Below, one piece after another: positions 13,088-26,084 of a stretch of 64,000 nucleotides of DNA (its first letter is position 1; the number at the start of each line of letters is the position of its first letter). A program made the translations under genes and the position numbers. Source of the stretch: Octopus bimaculoides (Eukaryota). Under the pieces are notes generated by a model, which searched no databases, was not told the DNA's origin, and saw only the letters and a program-made list of their open reading frames with translations. The stretch spans positions 65,743,760-65,807,759 of the forward strand of contig NC_068992.1 in assembly GCF_001194135.2 (NCBI RefSeq), in the 5' to 3' direction.

Positions 13088-13141
13088 GTGTCGGCTGGAG
13101 AATCCTTCAAACGCAAAGCCAAAAGGTTCTCCAGCCGACAC
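13088..13141 (-). ncRNA. 54-nt hairpin (pre-miRNA-sized or inverted-repeat remnant)
   Basis: GTGTCGGCTGGAGAA (13088-13102) perfectly complements 13127-13141; CCTT/AAGG extension. Confidence 0.3.
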
Positions 13142-13626
13142 ACACCCACACATATACACTCACACATACACACGCGCACACATACATAAGCACCAAACAC
13201 GCATGCGTGTGCATTCGTGCGTTGATATTGAGGAAAATATCTCTTATGGCAAGAAAATATTTTGCATGTAATGAGATTTTTGAAAATTCTAAGCAGAATG
13301 GAAGAAAAAAATGTTATCAAAACTTCAGAAATGATATTTGAAAATATCTATTTAAATCTATTTAACCCATTACAATAGAATTTTGATGTTACATAACATC
13401 AATCATACAAAGACGAATATTAACATATCACAGCACGACATCCGAGTATATTTCTGGTAAACGGGTACACGAACGGGTACACGACATTAACCAACTACAC
13501 CTGACTAAAAACATATCGAATTTTGCAGGAATTGATAAAATGAAACGGAAATATTCTCAACAAAATATTGTTATACATAGCTTAGGAATTAAAGATATCT
13601 TAAAGTTAGCTTATAAATAATATATA

Positions 13627-14523
13627 CGAAGGTGGCAACAAAAAGTTCCCGGACTAGTTCGCTAACGCGCCAACAGATGACAGCACACGATTGCACGCAC
13701 AATGAGAGCTAGCAGTGACATTCATGAGGCAGTGTGCCGAATGACGTCGCTGTGTTTACTTTGCAAGTTGTGAAGTGTTTTCTGACCACGTATATGCTGT
13801 ACTCTGCGATTTTATCATAGACAGGAACAAAGAGCCAATGTGAAATTTTGCGTTAAACTTTGGAAGTCTGCTACAGAAAAATTGAGCATGCTTTGGCAAG
13901 CTTACGGTGACGAGGCAATGGATGGTACGCAATGATTGGAGTGGCAAGGGTACTTCAAAAGCAGAAGAACGTCCCTGGAAGATGATGAGCGATCTGGAAA
14001 ACCTGCCACGAGCATCACCTCGGGAATGTGGTATTGTGCATCGAGAATTCGTTCCCCCTCCCCCCAGGGCCTGATCGTCAATCGAGAGTTCTATTGTGAC
14101 GTTTTGAAACGTTTGAAGGAGGACATTCGGCGAAAGCGACCGGATCTGTGGAGCACGAAGAAGTGGATTCTTCACGACGATAATGTAGCCTGTCACCAAG
14201 CCCTCCTCACTCGTGTGTTTCTCCGAAAGCAACCTTGTGTCACTTCCGCGCTCGCCCTGTTCGCCAGATTTAGTACCTGTTGACTTCCATCTCTTCCCCA
14301 CGAGGAAAATTCAGTTGAAAGGTTGCTGTTTTAATACCGTTATCGACATTAAAAGTGAATCGCAGAAGGTCCTCGGCACGCTTATGGAAAACAGATTCTA
14401 GGCCAAATTCCAAATGTGGCAGGAACGCTTGGACCGGTGTATTGCTGCGCAAGGTGACTACTTAAAAGGAAAGTATGCCAAAACTTACGTAAATATGTCC
14501 TGAAACTTTTTTATACCACCTCG
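13627..14523 (+). mobile_element. Internally deleted, frameshifted mariner (Tc1/mariner) transposon
   Basis: TA flanks, imperfect ~28-bp TIRs; peptides KRANVKFCVKLWKSATE, LEDDERSGKP, LKRLKEDIRRKRPDLW, WILHDDN, SPDLVPVDFHLFP, DRCIAAQGDY; first catalytic-D region missing. Confidence 0.92.
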
Positions 14524-14632
14524 TATTAATGCTGAAGAAAGATCCTTTGATAATATCATGGAAATTTTTGCCCTGTTATCTTGAAAGGTAGTTTGACAGC
14601 ATTAGTAGATTACTTTTGAAAATTAAGCTTAC

Positions 14633-14716
14633 GGAAGTGTTGGTGGATGATATGAAGGTTCTCTGTGGCGCGGAAACGGCAGATCTCTGATTCATTCTGA
14701 AATATCTGCGCATTAC
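14633..14716 (-). CDS. Candidate 84-nt exon (NAQIFQNESEICRFRATENLHIIHQHF, or VMRRYFRMNQRSAVSAPQRTFISSTNTS)
   Basis: gtatttcgctatcagtttcag acceptor, TTCC|gtaagc donor, length multiple of 3, unique GC-richer sequence. Confidence 0.35.
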
Positions 14717-15192
14717 CTGAAACTGATAGCGAAATACTTGCGTTCTCCCCTTTGTCTCTCTATTTCCAAATATACTTGCAATACAGTGGGGTATTTTCCA
14801 TTTGACATTGTCACGGTTATAACGTCTTTAGGCGCATGCCTACTCGATTCCAGCCATCTAGGAACTAATCAAGAATACCAGAAATAATAACAAAGAAAAA
14901 AAAAACAGTAACAACAATCGCAACAACTCGATGTAAAAAAAATAATTTCGTTTCTTTCTTGCAACAAAAACGAACTGAATTGAATAAAACAGAATAGAAT
15001 AGGATGGGAGAGATTATAATAGAACGACAGAGAATAAAAGATTATATAGGAGAGAATAGAATGGAACAGAAGACAAGAGAGAACAGTGAAACAGAATAGA
15101 ATAGAATAGAACATAAGGCATAATTATATATAATACAACATAATAGAACATATAGAATAGAGCAGAATAGAATATGTTGTTGACGCTGCTGC

Positions 15193-15241
<49 letters not shown>

Positions 15242-15659
15242 ACAAGTTGTGTGGGTAGAGTGGGAGTTGTAAGGATGGTGGCGGCGGCGATGGTAGTAGC
15301 AGCAGCAGTTGTGGTGTACTTGCACTTGCTTGCTGCAAGAGCTTTTTCTGTGAGGTCGACGAAGCTGGTCTCAGGGAACGACGCTACCACGTGGTTTAAT
15401 GGTAGAAGCTCCACCACCCACCCACTCCAGCCGCCACTATTAGTGAGGAACGCCTGTTTTTGAGATGGTCATGCAGGCAGGCAGATACAAGTGGAGACGA
15501 CAGCTTCGAAACCAAGCAAGCTCAGCTTCAATCCCAAAGACGGCACATGAGGCAAGTGTCTTCTTCCACAAGGTAACGGTTGTGCAGATGACTGACGTGT
15601 GCACATACATACATACATACATACATACATACATACATACATACACAGACACACACACA

Positions 15660-15703
<44 letters not shown>

Positions 15704-16033
15704 CCTTGGGAGAGGCATTATGCCGGTAATAAACACACGCACTGGTTCAGTCCTTTATTAATTTATATAGTTTTTTGTTAAATTATTTCATTGCACTCTT
15801 GCAATCTCTTCAGTAACTTGTCTCTCCACTTCCATTTATTTTGTGAATAAATCAAGATTCATCAAGAATCTTGCACACGAAATACACATACGAAATATAT
15901 ATATATATATATATATACATACAATCAAGCACACACATACACACCACACACGCACAAACACACACACACCCGCACACGCACGCACGCACGCACGTACATA
16001 TGTGTTTATATGCGCATTTATTCGATAGTGAAT

Positions 16034-16347
16034 GCACGGAGCTTAGTAGTTGAGGTGTTCGGCTCATGATCGTAAGGTCGTGAGTTCAATTCCCGGCGAT
16101 GCGTTGTGTCCTTAAGCAAGACACTTTATTTCACGTTGCCCCAGTCCACTCAGCTGGCAAAAATGTGTAGTACCCGTATTTCAAAAAGGAGCCAGCCTTG
16201 TCACACTCTGTATCACGCTGAATCTTCCTGAGAACTACGTTAAGGGTACACGTGTCTGTGGATTACTCAGCCACTTTAATTACCCGTTCAGGCTGTTCCG
16301 TTGATCAAATCAACTGGAACCTTCGTCGTCGCAACCGACGGAGTGCC
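16034..16347 (+). mobile_element. SINE family A, short-body variant
   Basis: A-box-like tagtagttgagg, B-box gagttcaattcc, central gtccttaagcaagacact block, tail shared with 7.5 and 38.5 kb. Confidence 0.88.
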
Positions 16348-16723
16348 GGTTATCCAATAAACAGACACACAGACCGGAAATTAGAAAGATAAATAGATTG
16401 CCAGATAGATCCATATATTTGAATGTGTATATGGATATACACGTGTATATGTATGATGGAAAAAGTAAGAATTGTTGAGAAAAGACAATTATATAAAATA
16501 AATATTAACTGAATATCAAAGAATTTCTAGTAAAAACAAAATTCAAATTAAAAAAATAAACAACAGATTTATTGATACGCAAACATTGATCGGGAGGCGA
16601 TGGCATTGAAAATATCGGTGAAAGATGTTGAATAGAGGAAACGAAAATTGAAATTTTCCAAAACAAAGAGCACGAGAATAAATCCTTCGCTCTCACTCTT
16701 TAGAAGTAATAATATATAGTACC

Positions 16724-16781
<58 letters not shown>

Positions 16782-17305
16782 CAGGTGTACAAATATGCAT
16801 GCATGTTTATAAATTTATTTATAGATACATATAAGTTTACACTTATATATAAATCCTTTTAAACGTCAATATATATATTAATCGAATCTAATAAATAAAT
16901 ACACACACACACATAATAAAAATAATTATATTATATATATATATATAATAGAAATAATTTGTGAATTATCAAAGAACTGAGGTAGAAATTAACGCCACTG
17001 TTGTCTCCCCTGCTCACGCTCTCAGCCTCCATTACAATGCATCGTAGCAAATATATATTCACTTGCTTATTAAATCTCTTAGATCACTGCTTACAGTTGC
17101 AACGCACATATTATATTGTATTATTGTACGAAGGAAGAACCAATGCTTCCCTTCATCTGCCAGATAAATAGATAAACTGGGATCTAACTGTGCGAAAGGT
17201 TTGTTTGAATTTACATGCAGCGTTTTTCAGTTTTGCGTTTCAATGGTATCTACACATCTACACAGGTGATGGACACAGAGAATATCCTCCTACACACACA
17301 CACAC

Positions 17306-17472
<167 letters not shown>

Positions 17473-17483
17473 ACGCTCACACT

Positions 17484-17690
17484 TGGCTTAGTGGTATGTG
17501 TGCAGCCCTGATGATTGTGAGGTTGTAGTTTTGATTCCCGGGGTGATGCGCTGTCTTCTGAAGCGAAACACTTCGTTCCACATTGCTCCACTCCATTCAG
17601 CTATTAAAAATGCGTAACCCTTTGACCGACCGGCGTCGCAACCAAGGGGAGAACATACCATACGCTACGGAATCCCCAAAACCGACTTTA
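17484..17690 (+). mobile_element. Diverged SINE with family-A head/core but a different tail
   Basis: tggcttagtggt head, ttttgattcccgg B-box-like, cacattgctccactccattcagct core as at 16.1 kb; tail unrelated. Confidence 0.6.
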
Positions 17691-17863
17691 GGACTCTAAG
17701 GTTCAGAAGAGACTTTTGTTCTTTTTCCCTTTTTATTACATACAGGCATACATACCTACCTACCTACCTACATAGATACATACATACATGCATACATACA
17801 TACATGCATACATACATGCATGCATAGATACCTACATACATACAAGTGTGTGTGTATGTGTGT

Positions 17864-17896
<33 letters not shown>

Positions 17897-18189
17897 ACTA
17901 CGTCTTTCAAGAGTTTACTGGATGATGTTGGCACTACTTGTCTCTCACTGATCCGTCTTTTATCTATTGTTATTTGTCGAACCGTTCAGTTATGATACAC
18001 ATCTGATATGGCATAGGGTCTTCTGTTTCAGACGCTGTTGTGATGTTTATGCATTACCTAATCTATTACTAGGGAAAGGAAACATTATTTTAATGCAACG
18101 GTGGATTGAAACCGCATCGCTGTGCATCGATTACTCCACGATCTTAACCAGTAATATTCGAAGGGTCAACGTGGTCAAATATAGTTTAT

Positions 18190-18345
18190 ATGACACCCTA
18201 CCGTATTAAAACAGAAAGGATATGTTGCGTAATGCATTCCTAGATACATTATGTTATAAGAAACAAAAGACAGGATGGTCACGATTGGAATGCTTTTGGT
18301 TATAGATCTACTTTATCAGGACTGACCTGCAGTCAAAACAAAAAC
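18190..18345 (+). mobile_element. Repeat family D
   Basis: cacaccctaccgt-like start, gacaggatggtcacgattggaatgc, ending aaaacaaaaacaa. Confidence 0.7.
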
Positions 18346-19779
18346 AATTAAAGTGCAGCGATAATATTTCTGAATGGAAATTTGAATCAATTTTTCTTCA
18401 TTAAATAACGATTTTTCGTTAAAAGCTTTTTTTGCCGTGTTGGTAAAATATATGATTGATCGAATGACAGACAAATTTTTACTAATATTTTAGTGAAGAA
18501 TTAACTTTTTTTTTCTTTAAATGTATGAAGTAAGAAAAAATGAAGGAGGAATATAATATAATTAAAGTCGTACAAGAAATATAACGAAATACAGAGAATT
18601 ATAAGTAATATAAGTGAGATCAGGAAAGCTAAATAAATGAATAAAGTAGAAAAGGAAAATTGTGAGAAATATTGATCTGTCCACTGATATATATAAAGAT
18701 AATAGATAGTGTAAGATTATCAAATGAGGAGAACGTATGATGGTTACATATCCATCCATTTTATCAGGTGATGGTCTAATATTCCAGGTTTTAAAAAGTA
18801 ATTACCAAACAGATAGATTTTCGTAAAGATCTCTGATCTACTCAGTTAACTTGCAGAAGAATACGATTCCTTCCAACTACACAGAAACCTGTATCTTTCA
18901 GTTCTATATCTTTATGGTCCACGTTGTTCGAGAACCTTCTTTTCCTACACATATCAGTGGTATGTTCTCTCAAATTCTAGATGTAATTGAGTATTTGTTC
19001 CCCATTTTTCTACTGTTGTTTGAATATGCCTTCTATCATACCTACATAATATTTATTCCTTAGATTAATATTCATCTAGATGGAAGTAATTCTGCTTCAT
19101 ATATAATCGCTTCTTCATTCCATGAATGATTCTAATACTACTTAAAATATATTTCCCTCAATGTTTCTATTTTATACTTTTCAAAAATAAAGGTTATGTT
19201 TCATTCACACAGTTTTTTCCAATTTCTTACTAATTTTAATTATTTTTTATATTCATATATTGTTTTATTATTATCAGTTTTACGTAAACTTCCAATAAGT
19301 AACCGAGAGAAATAAATCAACCGTAATCTTGCCAAAACGATGATTGAACCCAACCTAGGCTGTCAACCCTAGTATTTTAGTTCATAGAAATGTGAGAGAG
19401 GTTGAATGAGTGCTGAGAAGAACTAAAATGGCCGCTCTTCTATGAGACATTCGCTTCGAATCAAAACCCAGATAAGCTAAATCAATACACATTTTAATTC
19501 ACAAATATTTGTATCACGAATAGATTTTACTAATTTTACGTATGGTCAAAAACGGCAGTGTGGTTCTGTGCAAACCATCTTTTCCTTTTATTACGAATGT
19601 CTTAGATTCCATTCATGCTTTAAGTGCCATTTTGCAGCTCATTGACCAGCAAAGAGTTTACTCGAAAACCTGGCTCGGTTCACTCACTTACGTCAGATTC
19701 GCTGGTGAGAAACGCATGAAAGTCTTTTCATCTCATTTCCTACATCACAAGCTCCAAGACGTTATGCCCAATTTAAAAC

Positions 19780-19965
19780 AATAATAGAAACAACTACCAG
19801 ATTCGTTCACAGCACATTCTGAAACGTCCAGAAATAAAGAAAACATTGGATAATCTAAGTCTCGTTTAGTCATTTGAACCTTGAATTATATGGGACGCTC
19901 ACGACTGGAACCGCTTTGATCATATGCGTGCCGAAGAATCAGTGACTTGGAGTTAAACAACAACA
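19780..19965 (+). mobile_element. Repeat family D, diverged
   Basis: acattggataat...gggacgctcacgactggaaccgctttgatcata...gacttggagttaaacaacaacaa. Confidence 0.65.
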
Positions 19966-20940
19966 ATATTAACATCACAATCACTAGGACCAATAAGAAC
20001 ACAAGTAATCCACTACGTGACCACTCGACGTGCCAGACATATGAAATAAAGGCCCCCAAATTATAAAATGTTGTTCTAGAAAAAGGTTTACGGTGTATGG
20101 ATTTATTTGGACGGTAACAGCAGGAACAACTTCGTCGATAGGTTTTTGTAAGATTATAGGCGGAAATGGAGTTGAAAAACAACAACTAAGAACCCCGAAA
20201 ACTAACGACATGTAATGAACATGTAATGAAGCGGACAAAGGAAGTCATTCAAGCCGCTAGAAACAGCAGCGAAGACTCACTCAGATCATAGCCAGCTTCT
20301 TTTAATTGGTCACTTTATTCCTTGGCATGCACAACGTTGAGTTGGTCACATTTGGGAAGCTTTTGATTGCATGATGCTGTTTAGAGGCTGAGCTCGGGCT
20401 GAATAACAACAAACCAATATGGCGCTAGAATTTTGACGACGACGAATAGATATCTGGTAAGTTAAGTACGTGATTTATTTATGAGAAACGGTGGAAGCCA
20501 ACCGTTTCCAAGTTCGTTTGTAATGTCGTTTGGTAAATACACAAATTTCAGAACACCATCACCACCACCACCGTAACCACTTCGACCACCACCATCACCA
20601 TCACCACCACGGCAACCATCTCAGCCACCACTATCACCAGCCACCAGTACCACCGTAACCATCTCCACCACCGCTACCACCATCATCACAGCCACCATAA
20701 CAGCTTCCACCAATGCCATCCATCATCAGTCTTTCTTTTATCTTACCCTAAAATTTTGGGATTTTTCTCCTCAAAGGAAAAGAAAGGAAAAAAGGAAACG
20801 AAACGTTAGCGACAATCAGATTTCAGCTGAGGACGAAAGAAAACGACTTTGAAAAGATTTTTCAACTGAACAGCAGCTACAGGCAGCGGCGGAGTGTTTC
20901 ATGCAAATATCGATCCAATGGATTGCTAACGTAAAAACAG

Positions 20941-20943
<3 letters not shown>

Positions 20944-21020
<77 letters not shown>
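20944..21020. repeat. (GA)n microsatellite
   Basis: Direct. Confidence 0.97.
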
Positions 21021-21036
<16 letters not shown>

Positions 21037-21394
21037 TAGAAGATAATGCAGATGTTTCGATATGGCAGAAGCAAGCAATACAATGATAACGGTACCCACA
21101 GAACAATTTTGGCGCTACAAGCCTTTACAGACAAAGTTCCATCGTGAAGTTCCGAATTAACGATGTGATTCTCTACAGAAAAACTGCAGGAAAACATCAT
21201 AAATATGCAATATGCAATGCGGTTGGCATCTTTAAGCAATGTGAGACAAAGAAAAGTTTAAAGGTTTTGTTGTGTTTATCGAAATTGTTTGTTTCTTTTT
21301 ATACAACGAAAGATAATTGCTGCAAGAGAACAAGACTTAGATTTTAACGTCATAGGTTTTCATGTGAAGGTACGTACATACATATACTCAAACA

Positions 21395-21436
<42 letters not shown>

Positions 21437-22094
21437 TATGTGCATACTGCGTGCACCCATACATATGAAAGGTATGAATGTAAGTATACAGATCAAACAC
21501 ATACATAGATATGTGTGTGCATATTTATGTGGGTGTGTGTGTGTGTATGTATACATATGCTGATATACATATGAAAACATATATATCTGTCTATATGTAT
21601 GTTTGTATGTATGTATGTATGTATGTATGTATGCATGTTTGTATGTATGTATGTCCACGGTAGTAAACGAGATTTGAGTTGCAGACTTAATGTCTGAAGA
21701 GAAAACAGGATTTTTGCCAATAAGTTGTGAGATCACTTTTCACAACTTGTATGGTCAGATCCAAAAGATGATCACTTCACTCCTTCCTTCCTTCCTTCCT
21801 TTTATTTCTTCCTCACCATTCTCCATCGAGAATAACATCAAGCTAACTGCTCTTCACCGCCATTGTCATTGTCAATTTATTTAAAATGACTTTACCTCCA
21901 CCAACCTCTGGAAATTTTCCAGTTTCATAAAATCGAAATAGTTCTCCATTAAAAAGGTATTCTCTCTTGACACTTACAATTTATTTCTTAATTGCACTTA
22001 ATAATTGATCCATAATTATTTCCGTACACTCGTAAATTGGCCCTGAGGAGAAATAAATATGTCATTTTTCTACTATACTTTCGGTAGCCCATTT

Positions 22095-22284
22095 GGCGGT
22101 GAGATGGCAGAATCGTTAGCACATCAGACGAAGTAATTAGTGTCATTTGGTACGACCTGAGTTCAAATTCTACCGAGATCAATCTAGCTTTCTTTTTTTT
22201 TTACGATCTATAAAATAAGTTGAGTTCTTGGGTGGATGTAATCGACTAGACCAAATTGCAGGCCCTGTCCCTAGAGTTGAATAT
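22095..22284 (+). mobile_element. SINE family B
   Basis: ggcggtgagatggcagaatcgttagcac...ctgagttcaaattctaccgag...gatgtaatcgact. Confidence 0.85.
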
Positions 22285-22433
22285 TAGTCGGTGCGTTCAC
22301 TGATTTCTTTCTCAGAGAAAAGTGAAAGCCATGGTCCAGGTTTCGATTCTAATTAGAATCTACCTCAGTGTTGGTAAACAACTTATTTTGCTGTCCACGG
22401 AGAAACACAGAACTCCACATATCTTTTGTCATT

Positions 22434-22627
22434 TATTTGTTTCATATGATCGCGGCCATGCTGGGGCACCCTCTCGAAGGGTTTAGTCAAAGAAATTAAC
22501 CTCATTACTTATTTCTTGCTTTAAGTTCAGTACTCATTTGATCTGTATATTTTGCCGAACCGCTAATTTACGGAGACGTAAACTAACGATGATTGCCAAG
22601 CAGTGTGTGTGAGAGGCGGGAAGGGAA

Positions 22628-22672
<45 letters not shown>
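22434..22672 (-). mobile_element. SINE family C, 3' half ending in expanded (CA)n
   Basis: gcggccatgctggggcacc...ttttgccgaaccgctaatttacggagacgtaaac. Confidence 0.8.
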
Positions 22673-22674
<2 letters not shown>

Positions 22675-23614
22675 TTGTCAGTATATACTTACATATTGAC
22701 GCACAAGCTCCGCTAAACTTTGCGTTTTTGTCGCTCGAGAGATTTGTATTTAAATCTTTTATATCCGATGTTTAGTTTATAGTTTCGCATTTAATCTGTG
22801 GAGTTGGGTGGGGTAAGATGGGCTTCGTGTTCGCGAGGGGGAGGGGTTATGTGTAGCACATAATTTCCTAATTCATTTGTCTGTCTGTGTGTATGTGTTT
22901 GTGTCAGTGTGTGGGCGTGTGCGCGAGCGTCGTGTTTGTGAGTGCATTTGTGTTAATGCGTGCGTGTTTGTGTACGTTTGTGTGTGTTTGTGTGAGTATG
23001 TGTGAGTATGTGCGTGCGTGTGAGTGAGTATGCGGGCATGTGTGTGTATGTATCCGTGTGTGTGTGAGTGTATGTATGTGTGTGTGTGCGCATGTGTGTG
23101 TGGGTTCGCGTGTGTGTGAGTATGTATGCATGTGAGCATGTGTGTGTGTGTGTGTGTGTAGCGCATAGCTAGTCTGTGTGGTTGTGAGCGTTTTGTGATT
23201 GGTTGTGTGTTTGTATCAGTGTTTTATGTGTGTGTGTGTGCATCTGTGTGTGTGTGTGTGCATCTGTGTGTGTGTGAGAGAGAGAGTTTATGTGTATATT
23301 TGAAGTGCATGGTTTCATAATCTGTCTGTATGCACTGTATGGTATATGTGGGTGTGTAGATGTGTATGAAGGGAGAACGTGTGTGTGTGTGCGTTACTGA
23401 AAATAATAATAGAAGTCTCACAGTGAAAAACAATAACGCCGCCATTCTCTGTAGAATGACTTCACTGATCTCGGATCTTTAAGTTGTTACAAGTTTGCTG
23501 GTCGATAAATTCAGCTCCGAATATAACGGATCACTGGTATAAACCAGAATCGTTGAATGGACCAAAGAACTACACCAATATACATACATATAAACGAATA
23601 CGCATGCATGAATA

Positions 23615-23661
<47 letters not shown>

Positions 23662-24358
23662 NNNNNNNNNNNNNNNNNNNNNNNNNNNNNNNNNNNNNNN
23701 NNNNNNNNNNNNNNNNNNNNNNNNNNNNNNNNNNNNNNNNNNNNNNNNNNNNNNNNNNNNNNNNNNNNNNNNNNNNNNNNNNNNNNNNNNNNNNNNNNNN
23801 NNNNNNNNNNNNNNNNNNNNNNNNNNNNNNNNNNNNNNNNNNNNNNNNNNNNNNNNNNNNNNNNNNNNNNNNNNNNNNNNNNNNNNNNNNNNNNNNNNNN
23901 NNNNNNNNNNNNNNNNNNNNNNNNNNNNNNNNNNNNNNNNNNNNNNNNNNNNNNNNNNNNNNNNNNNNNNNNNNNNNNNNNNNNNNNNNNNNNNNNNNNN
24001 NNNNNNNNNNNNNNNNNNNNNNNNNNNNNNNNNNNNNNNNNNNNNNNNNNNNNNNNNNNNNNNNNNNNNNNNNNNNNNNNNNNNNNNNNNNNNNNNNNNN
24101 NNNNNNNNNNNNNNNNNNNNNNNNNNNNNNNNNNNNNNNNNNNNNNNNNNNNNNNNNNNNNNNNNNNNNNNNNNNNNNNNNNNNNNNNNNNNNNNNNNNN
24201 NNNNNNNNNNNNNNNNNNNNNNNNNNNNNNNNNNNNNNNNNNNNNNNNNNNNNNNNNNNNNNNNNNNNNNNNNNNNNNNNNNNNNNNNNNNNNNNNNNNN
24301 NNNNNNNNNNNNNNNNNNNNNNNNNNNTATATGTATATATATATATGTGTATATATAG

Positions 24359-24398
<40 letters not shown>

Positions 24399-24618
24399 GC
24401 ACACATGCAGTCATTCATCCATACTGTATCGATCTCTATTAGTTTAAAGTCTCATTCATATTGCATCAGGTACTATTAATCGAGTTGCAACGTTGTAGGA
24501 CCACAGCACAAGCAAGGGCACGGCCATTCACATGTACACGTGTATGCGCACATTCATGCACAAATATATGTGCACGTGCACACGCACATACATATACACA
24601 CAAGTTTATTGCCACATC

Positions 24619-24690
<72 letters not shown>

Positions 24691-25567
24691 TGGTGGAGAC
24701 GTGTCTGGCAATGTTTATGTCTGTTTCTTTGAAGAATTCTCTTTGGAGAGCAATTATTATTTCTTCCGACAGAGAAGTGGGTCTGAGACTTATTCAAAGA
24801 GAAGCTAAGCGGAGGTTTCTTTTAAATATATTTATTTGACGATCCTTCAGCTAAAGAATTCGTAGAGGGAGAGGGGTAGAGGGAGGAGAAAGTTGAAAGA
24901 AGAAAGAGGAGGATGAAAAAAATCGTCTCCAAGATTACCATTATGGTCTTTAGTGCTCCGAGTTCTTGCAGTGAAGTGTTTAGCATGCTGCAGGAAAAAG
25001 ATGAATAGCAGAACCTGATTTTAATCGATGAATGTTGATTTCATTATGGTCGTGTGGATTGTGAAGAGAGGGAAGGAAGAAGAGAGTGTTGCTGGACAGA
25101 GAGAGAGAGAAAGAGAGGAGAGTGACAGAGGAAAGGTAGTGATAGGTAGAGGCAGAGAAGAGCTCGAACGACAGAAAGATAAGAAAATGAAGAGATTAAA
25201 CATGAATAGAAAGAAAATGAAGATATATTTTGGTAGGAATAAACATAGCAAAAAACGGAGAGAAATAGAGAAAGAAAGAGAGACGTGAGAGACACTGCGA
25301 TTTGTGCGTGTGCGTGTGTGTGTGTGTGTGTGTATGTGTGTGTGTATACATATACGTCCATATATATCTATGTGTATACATATATATGTATATATTCATA
25401 TATGGATATATAAATATAATATACCTCCATATACATAAAGACATATATAGATACACACACACTTCCACACACATATACACACATATACATATGAGATGTG
25501 TGTGTGTATGAACAAGGAGAGATGTAAATAAGACGATATGTAGTATGCATATATTTATGCATACACA

Positions 25568-25608
<41 letters not shown>

Positions 25609-25714
25609 AACTGCGGTCAAATAAGCATCTATTGATATGGACGAGAAGAAAAATAGAGCGAATGAATGTCTGTAAGTTTGCTTGTGTATATGTGTATATA
25701 TGAGTTAGTGTACT

Positions 25715-25778
<64 letters not shown>

Positions 25779-26084
25779 GGATAATGATTAAAGGAAACAT
25801 TTACTGCCAGCCGAATGGATTCTGGTGCAGAATGGTCTTCAGTAAATTGATAGAATGATTCCTGTGAGAGAATGACGGTAATTAATGGTTAAATGTATAG
25901 CAATGGCACCACAGACAGATGGTCCCGTGAATAGGGTAATAGACATCGAACTGGGAGGTCACCAGTTCAAACCGTATGACAGCACTTGCACAGATACCAT
26001 TCTGTTTCTTTCACTAAAAGCATTTAACTCTTCAATGACCCGCACCGCCATCACCGGTCCAAAGTGAGCGAAAGATAACGGCAC

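Noticed and set aside
13460-13483. Tandem aacgggtacacg x2 (also gtatatgaaa x3 at 6336-6365)
   Set aside because: Ordinary slippage duplications; no element between them
12940-14716. Resemblance of one frame to CUB or APCDD1 domains (also GPWVSAH at 39.5 kb)
   Set aside because: Key conserved residues are missing, and a CEIR-like piece at 57.7 kb is on the opposite strand; judged over-reading
19798-20185. Apparent membrane-protein exon (LLVFLLVLVIVMLILLLF) with an 84-nt intron and 21-nt exon
   Set aside because: The hydrophobic run is the antisense of a family-D (CAA)n tail, and the splice sites lie inside that repeat
20901-20908. Octamer ATGCAAAT
   Set aside because: Single 8-mer expected by chance in AT-rich DNA
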